A stretch of 64,000 nt of DNA from Alphaproteobacteria bacterium (GTDB lineage Bacteria > Pseudomonadota > Alphaproteobacteria > UBA2966): contig OZ219856.1 in assembly GCA_964291395.2 (NCBI GenBank), positions 2,240,001 to 2,304,000 on the forward strand. Reading direction: 5' to 3'. The notes under the pieces are model-generated. The model was not told the origin of the DNA. It saw only the letters and a program-made list of their open reading frames with translations, and made no database searches. The position numbers were made by a program, and so were the translations under genes. Positions 18,546 through 28,690 of the stretch are shown one piece after another. Position 1 is the stretch's first letter. The number at the start of each line of letters is the position of its first letter.

Positions 18546-18964
18546 GCCGGCCACACGATCGTCATTTCGCCGCTCGCCACTTCCCCACCCTCGAGGTCCG
18601 AGAGCCTCGACTCGAAGACGACCCAGGGCCTGTCTCTGCGGATGTATTTCTCCTTGAGGCGGATGCGGACCCGCAGGGTCGACCCGGCGGGAATGCGCCG
18701 GGCGCACCGCCAGCGCTGGCCCGCATGAATGCCGCCGACCGGGACGTTCCATTCGCCGAACATGACCCGCGGGACGGTCCACATGGCCGCCATCGTCGGC
18801 GGCGCATGGTCGTCGCCCGAACCGCCTTCGCTCCCGGAGCCGGGAGAGGTGGCTCGACGGAACTCCGCGATCGATTCGGCCGTGACGGTGACCGTCGAAT
18901 CGACGAGAACGTCCCCTACGGTCATGCCGTCGTAGGTCAGGTCGGGCGCTTCCGGATTTGACAT
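18542..18964 (-). CDS. Hot-dog fold protein (HadA/FAS1-like partner subunit)
   Basis: HAPPTMA, GGIHAGQRW, EKYIRRDRPWVVFE; translationally coupled to the MaoC-like gene. Confidence 0.7.
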   Translation of the reverse strand: MSNPEAPDLTYDGMTVGDVLVDSTVTVTAESIAEFRRATSPGSGSEGGSGDDHAPPTMAAMWTVPRVMFGEWNVPVGGIHAGQRWRCARRIPAGSTLRVRIRLKEKYIRRDRPWVVFESRLSDLEGGEVASGEMTIVWPA

Positions 18965-19056
18965 CGCGGCCGGAAGTGTAGGCCGCCGGGACGGGCGCCG
19001 CCAAGGCACGCCCGACGCGCATCCGCTCGTGCGGTCCGCCAGGCGGTGCGTCTCGC

Positions 19057-20109
19057 TCAATCCTCCAGAACGCGATAACCCATGACCTGGCGCTCGGTGA
19101 TCAGTGCCCGTCCCGAGGTGGTGCCGTAGCGGTTGAGCGTATCGACCATGACCGACGGCCCGACGGCGTGGTCCGGATTGAAGGCCGCTCCCGCGAGAAC
19201 GCATTCCGCGGTGAGCGTATCCCCGGGGCGGGCAAGGGAGTGGATCTCGACGAAATTTCCGCCATTGAAGATGCCTCCGGGAGGCACTCCCAGTCGCACG
19301 GGATCGAGGCGGCCGATGTCGGTGACGCCTTCCCGGCCCAGCGTCGCCGGGTCGGGATCGAACGGCTTGGCGTCGGGCCACGACTCCAGGCCGTGCAACG
19401 GATAGAGCGGCATCGCCACCACGCCCCCAAAGGGGCCTTCCGCCGCCTTCTCCGGGTGATAGTGCCAAGGGTTCACGTTCATGACCGCGTCGGCCATCAG
19501 CCGCAGGCGACTCAGATCGACCGGGATGACCGACTCGACCACGTCCATCCGTTTTCCGACCATCCCGCGGATCCGGTCCGGCACGCCGTCGCCCGCCTCC
19601 CGGATCCCGGTGTCCACGCGCCAGTCGTCCGGCAAGTCCCGGTCATCGACTTCGACGACGCAGTTGCCTTCGGGATCGAGCAGGACGATGGCATCCCCTT
19701 GGGTGGTGTCGGCGCCTTGGTCGGGATTGTGGATGCGAAAACCGACGCGCGCGGCCACGTAGCGCCCCGCCTCGACGACGTCTTCGATCGACCCGTGAAT
19801 GACGAGATGTTCCTCGGCGAAATCCATGCCGCGGAAATCCGTGTTCACGCGCCACACCCAGCCCCGATGGTCGAAAGACGCGCCCAGGAACTGGACGATG
19901 GACTGTCCCTTGATCGCGCCGTTGATGTACACGTCCTTCAGCTTGCCGTGCTCCCGCGCGTAGTCCTGGTTGTAGTGGACCTTGTCCCAGTTCTGCTGTG
20001 CGGCGCACCATCGGGTGAGATGCTTGTAGCCGATCAGGCCCTTGTCCGACGGGGGCAGTTCCGTGCCCGCCCGCAGCGGCAGGTCCAGCCCTGGAATGTC
20101 GATCGTCAT
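19057..20109 (-). CDS. Double hot-dog (MaoC-like + FAS1-like) dehydratase family protein
   Basis: N domain WCAAQQNWDKVHYNQDYA...VYING; C domain AVMNVNPWHY...GGVVAMP, FNGGN, ARPGD. Confidence 0.7.
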   Translation of the reverse strand: MTIDIPGLDLPLRAGTELPPSDKGLIGYKHLTRWCAAQQNWDKVHYNQDYAREHGKLKDVYINGAIKGQSIVQFLGASFDHRGWVWRVNTDFRGMDFAEEHLVIHGSIEDVVEAGRYVAARVGFRIHNPDQGADTTQGDAIVLLDPEGNCVVEVDDRDLPDDWRVDTGIREAGDGVPDRIRGMVGKRMDVVESVIPVDLSRLRLMADAVMNVNPWHYHPEKAAEGPFGGVVAMPLYPLHGLESWPDAKPFDPDPATLGREGVTDIGRLDPVRLGVPPGGIFNGGNFVEIHSLARPGDTLTAECVLAGAAFNPDHAVGPSVMVDTLNRYGTTSGRALITERQVMGYRVLED

Positions 20110-20219
20110 CCGTGTGGTCTCCTCAGATGTCTCGTGTCTCGAGCGCGCCGGCGCCGCTGGACGTCTCCGCCCCACTCGCCCACGCTCATCGTCCGCCCGG
20201 GTCCGGCACCGTTCTTCAC

Positions 20220-21005
20220 CTATCCGAATCGGACGGCGGCCTCTCCCAGGCCTTCCATTCGAACCGTGACTTCGTCCCCCGGTTCGGGCCACTTCGTGCC
20301 GACGACGCTTCCGGTCATGACGATCATGTCCCGGCGCAACGGGCGGCCTTGCTCGACGAGGCCGTTCGCCACGAAGGCGAGCGCTTCGAACGGATGGCCC
20401 ATGACATCGACACCTTTGCCGGTCTCGATATCCGCCCCGTTGATGACGAGCGTTCCAGCGACTTCACGGAGGTCGAGTTCCCGCCAGCCGGTTTGCGGCG
20501 CCGAGAGCACGCACCCGCCGTTCCACGCGCCCGAGGCGATGAGCGCGTGGGCATCGATGGCGTCGTAGTCCGCGTTCTGATCATCGACGATCTCGATCGC
20601 CGCCATGCACGCGGCAACCGCCTCGCCGACCGACTCGCGGTGGTAAGGCCCACCGTCGAGATCGGCACCGAGACGCACGGCGATCTCGCATTCGACCCCC
20701 GGACGTCCGTACGCATCGAATCGAACGTCGGCGGGCGAGGCGTGGATGCCCTTCTCGAAGACCGGTCCGATGCAAGGCTGATCGAACCCCAGGAGCCGCT
20801 GCATCACCGGCGTCGTGAGAGCGATCTTGTAGCCGGCCAACCCGCCGCGACTGCCGTCGTCGAAGGTTGCGGCCCAGGACTTCTGGACGTCGTATGCGTC
20901 CTTCAGCGTATCCGGCCGACACCGCTTGGGCGGAGACAGTGGCCCTCGGGTATCGAACACCTGCCGGTAATACTTCGCCGCGGCGGCGAGTTCCTCTGGC
21001 GACAC
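20220..21005 (-). CDS. 2-keto-4-pentenoate hydratase-like (FAH superfamily, MhpD-type)
   Basis: GYKIALT, VECEIA, IEIVD, MGHPFEAL, VMTGS. Confidence 0.85.
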   Translation of the reverse strand: MSPEELAAAAKYYRQVFDTRGPLSPPKRCRPDTLKDAYDVQKSWAATFDDGSRGGLAGYKIALTTPVMQRLLGFDQPCIGPVFEKGIHASPADVRFDAYGRPGVECEIAVRLGADLDGGPYHRESVGEAVAACMAAIEIVDDQNADYDAIDAHALIASGAWNGGCVLSAPQTGWRELDLREVAGTLVINGADIETGKGVDVMGHPFEALAFVANGLVEQGRPLRRDMIVMTGSVVGTKWPEPGDEVTVRMEGLGEAAVRFG

Positions 21006-21021
21006 TTCTCTCTCCGGCGCG

Positions 21022-22521
21022 CTATCCGGCCGCGTTGGCGACGTGGAACGACCTGATGCTGCCGCGCTCGGAAAGCTCTTTCATCAGGGTCACCAAAGGG
21101 GTCGACCCCATGGAGTATTCGGTGTCGATGGGCCCCGCGGCCTTCAGGGCGCCGTACTCCTTGTCGGCGTAATACGCCGCCAGCAAGAGGTCGTCGTCAC
21201 TGGCGAAGGGTCCCCGCTCTTCCCGGATCCCGGGCAGCGCGGGCGGCACCAGGGCGCCGGGACGCTCCTTCACGGGTTCTTCGCCGCGCGTGATCTTGTC
21301 GTAGAGGTTCGGTTCGATCGGTCCCGCGATTTCGCCGTAATAGCCGAGGACGTACTTCCTGACCTCGTCGGGCACGGTGTCGTACCGGTCCTTGCCCTGC
21401 AGCTCTCCCATCACGTTGAGCACGGCTTGCGTCATGACGTACTGCGCGAAGGGACTCACGATGATGGGATAGCCGAGCTCGCGGCGGACGTGCCCGGCCT
21501 CCTCCATCACCTCGTCCAACCTGTCGACGATGCCCAGCGGCTCTAGCTGCGATTTCAGGTTCGAGATCATCCCGCCCGGAACCTGGTGATGATAGTGAAA
21601 CTCGTCGTACTCCACGGGCTCGCCGGTGGGCTTGTCCTCCCGCGCCGCGATATAGCGCAATTTGTCGGCTACCTGGCCGATCAGGTCGAGATCGAGATCC
21701 ACGGCATGGCCCCGGCGGCGGACGTTCCGCACGAATCGTTCCGTCGGCGGATGGGAGGCGGCGTTGGCCAGGGTCGACGTGGCCGTGTGCACCACGTCGA
21801 CGCCGTGGTCGACGGCGAGGACCGCGACGTACGGCGACAGACCCGAAAGACAATGACTGTGGAGCTGGAGCGGGATATCGCGGCAAACGTCCTTCAGGGC
21901 GGGCACCAGGGTCGGGACGCGTTCCGGCCGCAACAGACCGCTGGGGTCCTTGATGAAAATTCCGTCCACGTCGAGCTTCAGGAGCTCCCGGGCCTTGGAG
22001 ACGTAGTAGGCGTCCGTGTGCACCGGCGTCTCGGTGTAGACCAATCCGCCGACCGTGTGCATCCCGAGACGCTTGGCGGCGCGGATGCACACTTCCAGAT
22101 TGCGGATGTCGTTCAGGGCGTCATAGGTCGTGTGATACCGCATGCCGTTCGCGATCATGCGCTCGGCCGTGAGCTCCACGACGTCGTCCGCGAACAATTC
22201 GAAGGTGAACAGGCTCTGCCCGCGGTGGTGCAGGATGAGGGGCGTTTCCGTCACCCAACTCGACAGGATACGCATGCGTTCCCAGGGATCTTCGAGGAGG
22301 TAGCGCACGCAGACGTCGAACACCGCGCCGCCGACGAGATCTATGGCCTCGAACCCGGCGCGATCCAGCAGCGGAGCCGTCTCCCGCATCATCGCGGTGG
22401 TCATGCGCGTGGCCCACAGGCATTGGTGAGCGTCCCGCAGCGTCACGTCGATCAGATTTATGGCTCGCCCGCCTTCACGCGGCGGCGCACCCGCGGCCGT
22501 CATCCCGTTACCCCTCGACAC
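21022..22521 (-). CDS. Pyruvate carboxylase subunit B/OadA-like carboxyltransferase without a biotinyl domain
   Basis: DVTLRDAHQ, EDPWER, KDPSG, HSH, HQVPGGMISN, GYPIIVSPFAQ. Start may be ATG 22503. Confidence 0.88.
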   Translation of the reverse strand: MSRGNGMTAAGAPPREGGRAINLIDVTLRDAHQCLWATRMTTAMMRETAPLLDRAGFEAIDLVGGAVFDVCVRYLLEDPWERMRILSSWVTETPLILHHRGQSLFTFELFADDVVELTAERMIANGMRYHTTYDALNDIRNLEVCIRAAKRLGMHTVGGLVYTETPVHTDAYYVSKARELLKLDVDGIFIKDPSGLLRPERVPTLVPALKDVCRDIPLQLHSHCLSGLSPYVAVLAVDHGVDVVHTATSTLANAASHPPTERFVRNVRRRGHAVDLDLDLIGQVADKLRYIAAREDKPTGEPVEYDEFHYHHQVPGGMISNLKSQLEPLGIVDRLDEVMEEAGHVRRELGYPIIVSPFAQYVMTQAVLNVMGELQGKDRYDTVPDEVRKYVLGYYGEIAGPIEPNLYDKITRGEEPVKERPGALVPPALPGIREERGPFASDDDLLLAAYYADKEYGALKAAGPIDTEYSMGSTPLVTLMKELSERGSIRSFHVANAAG

Positions 22522-22620
22522 TCGTGGTCCCTGTGCTAAAACGCGGTTGCCGCGGCATTATATCGTCGCGGCCGTCTCGCGCCATTCGCCGCCGGACTCC
22601 CGTTTCGAATCGGCTTCCGC

Positions 22621-23133
22621 ATGACCCTGACCTACGCCGAAATCGCCGAGATCATCAAGCTCATCGACGCCAGCTCATGCGAGGAGATCACGCTCGACCT
22701 CGGCGAGATCAAACTCTCCATGCGCCGCAAGGGCGACGGCGGGCCGTCCGCGACGACGGCCGCTCCAACGGCCGCCGAGGAGTCCCATGAAACCGGCATG
22801 GAGCCAAGCCCGCCAGCGGACCCGCCCGCCGGGGACGAAGATCCGCCGGCAACCGGGTCTTCCCGGACCGAAGCTTCCGCGACGGCCGACGGCATGTCGG
22901 AAATCCGCTCCCCCATGGTCGGGACGTTCTATCGGGCGCCATCGCCCACGTCGCCTCCGTTCGTCGAGGTCGGCAGCCACGTCGACGAGGATGATCCGTT
23001 GTGCTTGATCGAGGTGATGAAGCTTTACACCACGATCTCCGCGAAGGGTCCCGGCCGCGTTGCGGAAATCTGTGCCGAGAATGGCGCCATGGTGGGAGCC
23101 GACGAGATTCTGTTCCGCATCGAGCCCGTATAG
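22621..23133 (+). CDS. Biotin carboxyl carrier protein
   Basis: SPMVGTFYRAPSP, IEVMKL biotinylation motif, Pro/Ala-rich linker. Confidence 0.9.
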   Translation: MTLTYAEIAEIIKLIDASSCEEITLDLGEIKLSMRRKGDGGPSATTAAPTAAEESHETGMEPSPPADPPAGDEDPPATGSSRTEASATADGMSEIRSPMVGTFYRAPSPTSPPFVEVGSHVDEDDPLCLIEVMKLYTTISAKGPGRVAEICAENGAMVGADEILFRIEPV

Positions 23134-23205
23134 GCGGAGCCGCGCCGGCCTACGGCTCGTCGAACCGGTTCACGGATTCCGCGAAGAGACCGCCGCGCAA
23201 GGCGT

Positions 23206-24588
23206 TCAAGCGTCCCGCTCCATCGCTCGATAACGCTCGCGTACGAAGGCACGGCGCTCATCCCCGAAGAATCGCGCGCTCTCCATCACCGTCTCGAACA
23301 CCTTCCGCCCGACCTCGCTAAGCAAGGTGCGGTCCGTATCGCCCTCGGCAGGCGGAATTTCCAATACCGCATCCTGGGTGAAGGTATTGATATGGGGACC
23401 GCCGGTTCCTCGCTGCGACCGGGCGACCGCGTCCGGGATCTCGCCGCGCGCCGCCGCGCGCAGCAGCCTCCGCAACATCGTCACGCCCCGGTCGTGCACG
23501 CCGAGATGTTCGAGCGCATGCACCGCGATGGGCCGCTGGCCGGTCAGCACTTCCCAATCTCCGGGCTCGCGCTGCCGTTGCTCGTAACTGCGATTGCCGT
23601 CCTGACCGAACAGGTCGATCGAGTTCGGTCCGCACAGGTCCTCCCGCCCCTCGCCGCGGGGATCGACGAGGTCGCTGAAGTGGCGCCAGCCGACCAGGTT
23701 GCATTCGCCGTTGTCGATCGGGACGCACCACCGCGTGTTGCCGACACGCGCGAAATGGGTCGACGTGTGGGTGCGCGGAAAAATCGGGGCGATCTGCAGG
23801 AAGTTGGGCAGCAAGGCATGATTGGTCCGCACCCAGATGCGCTCTCCGACGCGGCGGGACGTCACGAACAGCATGCCGCTGCCGCCCTCGGTCTCGTGGA
23901 ATTCAAGCTCCGGAAAGCCGCCGAAGTCCCCGGAAAGCTGGAGATTCGTCATATTGACGTGAAGGAAGCAGGCATGGATCGGATCCATGATGTTCTCCTG
24001 CACCTGCAGCCAGTTGCAGCCATGCCAGACCGAATACGGGACCATACGGTCATCGGGTTCGTCATAGGTATCGAAAAGGGGAAACTCCGGTTCCTCTCCG
24101 GGCGGCCCCATATAGGCGAACACCAGCCCGCGATGCTCCCGCGCGGGGTAGGCACCATGCCGGAACGAGTCCTTCAGGCGCGAGCCCGGAGGCTCGCCCG
24201 GCGTATCCAGAATCGTACCGTCGGGCGCGAACAGCCAACCGTGATAGCAGCATCGCAGTCCGTGCTCCGAAACGATCCCGTATTCGAGCGAGGTGCCGCG
24301 ATGGCTGCAGTGGCGGTGCAGGACCCCGACGTCGCCCGACTTGTCGCGGAAGGCGACCAGATCCTCGTTGAGAACCCGGAGGGCCTTGGGCAAATCCGAC
24401 AATTCCTCGCTCAGGCAAACCGGCTGCCAGAAACGGCGCATGAGCTCGCCCATCGGCGATCCCGGGTCCGTATGCGTGAGCTCCGCGTCCTCTCGAGGCA
24501 CGTCCCGAAGCAGATATCCCGAATAGGGCTCGGTCACCGCTCCGAGGTCGGCGCTGTCCGAACCGGAATTTCGAATGGTCACCCGCAT
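23206..24588 (-). CDS. Rieske non-heme iron oxygenase alpha subunit (phthalate dioxygenase-like), copy 1
   Basis: CSH...CCYHGW Rieske motif; ENIMDPIHACFLH mononuclear Fe motif. Confidence 0.9.
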   Translation of the reverse strand: MRVTIRNSGSDSADLGAVTEPYSGYLLRDVPREDAELTHTDPGSPMGELMRRFWQPVCLSEELSDLPKALRVLNEDLVAFRDKSGDVGVLHRHCSHRGTSLEYGIVSEHGLRCCYHGWLFAPDGTILDTPGEPPGSRLKDSFRHGAYPAREHRGLVFAYMGPPGEEPEFPLFDTYDEPDDRMVPYSVWHGCNWLQVQENIMDPIHACFLHVNMTNLQLSGDFGGFPELEFHETEGGSGMLFVTSRRVGERIWVRTNHALLPNFLQIAPIFPRTHTSTHFARVGNTRWCVPIDNGECNLVGWRHFSDLVDPRGEGREDLCGPNSIDLFGQDGNRSYEQRQREPGDWEVLTGQRPIAVHALEHLGVHDRGVTMLRRLLRAAARGEIPDAVARSQRGTGGPHINTFTQDAVLEIPPAEGDTDRTLLSEVGRKVFETVMESARFFGDERRAFVRERYRAMERDA

Positions 24589-24607
24589 CTCCCTTCCCGC
24601 TACCGCC

Positions 24608-25474
24608 CTATTCGAGGCTCAGGTATTCCGATTCCCGCGCCCGCCACCACTCGGTGTTGACCGCCACCTCGCGGTCCATCCACGACGCCATCCGATCCTC
24701 GTAGCGCTCGGTGTCACCATCCTCCTTGAGAACCTGGAGCACTTCCTTCGCCGCGAAGATGGCGGCCCGGTGGGTCTGGTTCGGATAGATGCCGATCCGG
24801 TAACCCATCCCGGCGAACTCCGCCTTTGGAAGAACGGGCGTCTTGCCGCCCTTGAAGACGTTCACGAGCGCGGGCCCGTCGATCTTCGAGGGAATGGACT
24901 CGAGCTGCTCGCGGTTCCGGGGCGCTTCCACGAAGCCGACGTCCGCCCCCGACTCGATGTAGAGGTTCATGCGATCGATGGCGGCGTCGAACCCTTCCAC
25001 CGCGATCGCGTCGGTGCGCGCGATAATGACGAAGTCGTCGTCTTTCCGCGCGTCGACGGCAGCCTTGATCTTCCCGGCCATCTCCTGTGACGGCACGATT
25101 TCCTTGCCCTCGTAGTGTCCGCACTTCTTGGGCGCGACCTGGTCCTCGAGGTGGATGCCGGAAACGCCGGTCTTCTCGAACTCCCGCACCGTGCGCACCA
25201 CGTTGACGGCGTTGCCGTAGCCGGAATCCGCGTCGGCGATGACGGGAATGCTCACGGCATCGCAGACGAGACCGACCCAATGAGTGACCTCGAGCATCGT
25301 CATCAATCCCATGTCGGGGTAGCCGTTGGCGCGAGAGAACCCGCCGCCCGTCAGGTAAAGCGCCTCGAACCCGGCGACCTCGATGAGGCGGGCGGTCAGG
25401 GCGTCGAAGGCACCGGGGACCACCAGATATTTGTCCTCGGAAATATGCTTGCGAAGCTGTTCGCGGGGTTCCAT
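24608..25474 (-). CDS. Isocitrate lyase/PEP mutase family protein (PrpB/dimethylmalate lyase-like)
   Basis: DADSGYG, EDQVAPKKCGH, IARTDA. Confidence 0.88.
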   Translation of the reverse strand: MEPREQLRKHISEDKYLVVPGAFDALTARLIEVAGFEALYLTGGGFSRANGYPDMGLMTMLEVTHWVGLVCDAVSIPVIADADSGYGNAVNVVRTVREFEKTGVSGIHLEDQVAPKKCGHYEGKEIVPSQEMAGKIKAAVDARKDDDFVIIARTDAIAVEGFDAAIDRMNLYIESGADVGFVEAPRNREQLESIPSKIDGPALVNVFKGGKTPVLPKAEFAGMGYRIGIYPNQTHRAAIFAAKEVLQVLKEDGDTERYEDRMASWMDREVAVNTEWWRARESEYLSLE

Positions 25475-25642
25475 GTCGAGAAATCCTTCCTGTGGGTCGA
25501 GGTGAATTTTCAGGGCGCATACCCATCTGTCAACCAGCGGTTGCGGGAGATCCGGTGCCCGAAAGGCGGACGACCGGCGAAAGGTCTATAATTCCTGTGA
25601 ATTCCGCCCGAGGAGCCGCGGCGAATCCGCCCGGAGGAGTCT

Positions 25643-26527
25643 GTGCTCGACAACACCTTCAAGAGATCGCTGGTGCTCCTGTGCATCGGGTCGAGCGCCA
25701 TGTGCGCCGCCATGGGGGTCTGGTACTGGACGACGCCGGGCTTGGTCGGGCCGGAGGTGCCGGCGGCCGACCTGACCATCGTTCTGACCATCGACCTGTC
25801 GGAGTACTGGCGGCCCCAGTTCGTGTACGCCCTCGTGGTGGCAGCCGCGGGCGGCATGCTTCAGGGGTTCACCGGCTTCGGCGCGACCCTCGTCATGGTG
25901 CCCCTGCTCACGTTCGTCTACGGGCCCGCGGAGTCCGTCGCCGTCGGCATCGGTCTCTCCGCCCTCGGGTCCGTTCTGCTGCTGCCGGAGGCATCTCGCG
26001 ACGCGGACTGGCCGGACGTCATTCCCGCCTGCCTCATGGGGTTCGTCATGGCACCCGCCGGGGTCATCCTGCTGCTCACCCTCGACCCGGGCATCACGCG
26101 CCGGCTGATGGGCGGGATCGTCATCCTGGTCGCCCTGATAATGATCCGAGGCTGGAACTACAACGGACCGCGCAACATTCTGACCAGTGCGGTGGCGGGC
26201 TCGTTCAGCGGCTTCACCGCCGGCTTCTTCGGCATGGCTGCCCCGGGGGCGACCATCTACTACCTCTCGGGAGCCATCCGGGCCGCCGTTCAGCGCGCCA
26301 ACATCCTCATCGTTCTCGGGGTGGTGTCGGCTGTTACCATGACGGGTGTCGCCGTCGGCGGCGGCGCGGATCTGGGTTCCCTCGTCCTGGGCATCCTCCT
26401 GATCCTGCCCTTCTCGCTCCCCATGTGGGTGGGTGCCCACTACTTCCGCCGCGCGTCCAACGACGTTTACCGGCAGGTCTGCCTGTGGCTGCTGATCGTC
26501 ATGGGCACGGCGGTCATCGTGCTGTAG
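25643..26527 (+). CDS. TauE/SafE sulfite exporter family protein
   Basis: GMLQGFTGFG.TLVMVPLL and TM pattern; GTG start after GGAGGAG. Confidence 0.8.
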   Translation: MLDNTFKRSLVLLCIGSSAMCAAMGVWYWTTPGLVGPEVPAADLTIVLTIDLSEYWRPQFVYALVVAAAGGMLQGFTGFGATLVMVPLLTFVYGPAESVAVGIGLSALGSVLLLPEASRDADWPDVIPACLMGFVMAPAGVILLLTLDPGITRRLMGGIVILVALIMIRGWNYNGPRNILTSAVAGSFSGFTAGFFGMAAPGATIYYLSGAIRAAVQRANILIVLGVVSAVTMTGVAVGGGADLGSLVLGILLILPFSLPMWVGAHYFRRASNDVYRQVCLWLLIVMGTAVIVL

Positions 26528-26561
26528 TTCCGCACCCCCGCCCGACTCCGACACCTCCCGG

Positions 26562-27302
26562 ATGATCGAACTCTCGCAGTTCCTGACCCTCTCGTTCGCC
26601 TTCGCTGGAGCCGCCGCCGTGCTGGGCGGGATTCTCATGGGGTTCACGGGTTTCGGCTCGACGCTCGTGATGGTCCCGCTGCTCACCATCGTCTACGGCC
26701 CTGCCGAGGCGGTGGTCGTGGGCGTCTCCATCTCCGCCGCGGGGTTGGCCCAGATGGTGCCGCAGGCATCCCGCGACGCGGTATGGAGGGACGTGATCCC
26801 GACCTGCATCGGCGCCATGACGCTGATCCCGGTGGGAACCGCGCTCCTCTTGCTCACGGATCCCGAACTGACTCGGCGGCTGATCGGTGCGGTGGTTCTC
26901 CTGGTGGCGATCGTGATGCTGCGCGGCTGGTCGTACTCCGGGCCGCGTAATCGCTGGACCGCGGCTCTTTGCGGGGCCGTCGGCGGGTTCACCAACGGTT
27001 ACTTCGGGATCGGTGCCCCCGCAGTCACGTTTTATTTCCTCGGGCCGAGGGTCAGCGCCGCGGTGGCGCGGGCCAACATCCTGTTGATCATCGGCACCTT
27101 TTCCGTGGCCACCGTCATCGCGATCGCGATCGGAGGTGGCATCGGCGCCGACACGGGGTTGCGCGCCGTCGTCCTGTTCGTGCCCTATTCGCTGTCGCTT
27201 TGGATCGGATCGCGGTTGTTCCGGCGCGCCTCGGACGACCTCTACCGCAACATCGCCCTCTGGCTGCTGATGGCCATGGGCGTGACCGTGCTCGTGTTCT
27301 AG
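26562..27302 (+). CDS. TauE/SafE family protein (tandem paralog)
   Basis: GILMGFTGFGSTLVMVPLL, GGFTNGYFGIGAP, RAN. Confidence 0.82.
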   Translation: MIELSQFLTLSFAFAGAAAVLGGILMGFTGFGSTLVMVPLLTIVYGPAEAVVVGVSISAAGLAQMVPQASRDAVWRDVIPTCIGAMTLIPVGTALLLLTDPELTRRLIGAVVLLVAIVMLRGWSYSGPRNRWTAALCGAVGGFTNGYFGIGAPAVTFYFLGPRVSAAVARANILLIIGTFSVATVIAIAIGGGIGADTGLRAVVLFVPYSLSLWIGSRLFRRASDDLYRNIALWLLMAMGVTVLVF

Positions 27303-28690
27303 CCGGCCGGCCTCGTCCTCGCGAACTCGGGCCGATCCTTGATCCCGGCAAGCTCGGCTTCGATGTAAGCCACCCGCTCCCCGCGCGACATACCGTCCGC
27401 CGAACGGAGAACCTCGATGACGGCGTCGGACACGCGCCGACGCAGCTCCTCGTCGTCCCCGCCCGGCACCTCCGGCATCGGGATGATCGTGTCGCTGCAG
27501 TAGGACGGCACTTCCCCCCCGTTCTGCGGCGGCCGGGCGGGCGGCTCCCCGTTCCGCACCCGCTCGATGCCGGCACGGAGGTTCTTGCGCAGGATGGCGA
27601 CGCCCCGGTCGGTGTGGCCGAGGTTCTCGGTGCCGTGCACGGCGACGAGTCCCTGTCCTACCTGCGCCTCGTAGTCACTCGGGACGCGCTGGCGCTCCTC
27701 GTAGGGCCGGTCCGCGGTCTGGCCCAGGAAGTCGACGGTATCCTTGCCTACCAGCTCGCGGCGTCCCTGGTTGTCCGGGTCGATGGCCTTACCGAAGTGC
27801 CGCCAGGCCGTGATCCTGGTCGTCGTGTCGTCGACCGGCACCGTCCACTTGGTAATTGCGGCACGCTGGAAATACTTTTCGGCTTCCGCGGTCTCGAAGA
27901 ACGATCCGACCTGGCTGAAGCTCGGAAAGAACGTCTCGTAGACCCGCACCCAGACATTGTCCTTCCAGCGGAAGGTGCAGACGTTGCAGGTGTGCCGGCC
28001 GTTGTCATGCTCATACCAATCGATGACCGGAATCTCGCCCCAGCTCTCCTCGAAGTGATCGACGGAGTGGTTCGCATGCAGAAAGACCGTGTGGTACGGA
28101 TCCGTGGTGTTCTCGGCGATCTGCAGCCAGTTCGCCGGATACGAGATCGAATACGGCACCAACTCGTCGTCGGCCAGGTTGAAGGTGTCGTAGACCGGGA
28201 ACTCCGGCATCCAATCCTGCGGCCCCATGTACACGAACAGCAGGCCCTTGAACTCGATCACGGGATAAGCGCCGTGGAACACCCTTTCCTTGATCCTGCT
28301 ATTGGCGGGCTCGCCCGGCGTGTCGAGGATGGTTCCGTCGACGGCGTACTCCCAGCCGTGGTAGCAGCACCGGATACCGCATTCCGTCACGTGCCCGAAC
28401 TCGAGGGACGTGTTGCGATGGCTGCAGTTCAAATGAAGGCAGCCGTACTCGCCCCGGCGGGTCTTGAACACCACCAGGTCCTCGCCGAGGAGTCTGGTCC
28501 TGAAGGGGAGATCGCCAGGAACCTCCTCCGTCATCCCGATCGGCCACCAGAAAGTCCGCAAATACTCCCCGCACGGCGTGCCAGGGCCCGTCTCGGTAAG
28601 CAGCGGATCGGGCGGCGGACGGTTGGCCTTCTGCGCGCCACGGAAGTTACCCTTCGGCGGATCAGGCCGGACGAATTCTGCAACGCTCAT
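27299..28690 (-). CDS. Rieske oxygenase alpha subunit, copy 2
   Basis: CSH...CCYHGW; ENTTDPYHTVFLH. Confidence 0.9.
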   Translation of the reverse strand: MSVAEFVRPDPPKGNFRGAQKANRPPPDPLLTETGPGTPCGEYLRTFWWPIGMTEEVPGDLPFRTRLLGEDLVVFKTRRGEYGCLHLNCSHRNTSLEFGHVTECGIRCCYHGWEYAVDGTILDTPGEPANSRIKERVFHGAYPVIEFKGLLFVYMGPQDWMPEFPVYDTFNLADDELVPYSISYPANWLQIAENTTDPYHTVFLHANHSVDHFEESWGEIPVIDWYEHDNGRHTCNVCTFRWKDNVWVRVYETFFPSFSQVGSFFETAEAEKYFQRAAITKWTVPVDDTTTRITAWRHFGKAIDPDNQGRRELVGKDTVDFLGQTADRPYEERQRVPSDYEAQVGQGLVAVHGTENLGHTDRGVAILRKNLRAGIERVRNGEPPARPPQNGGEVPSYCSDTIIPMPEVPGGDDEELRRRVSDAVIEVLRSADGMSRGERVAYIEAELAGIKDRPEFARTRPAG

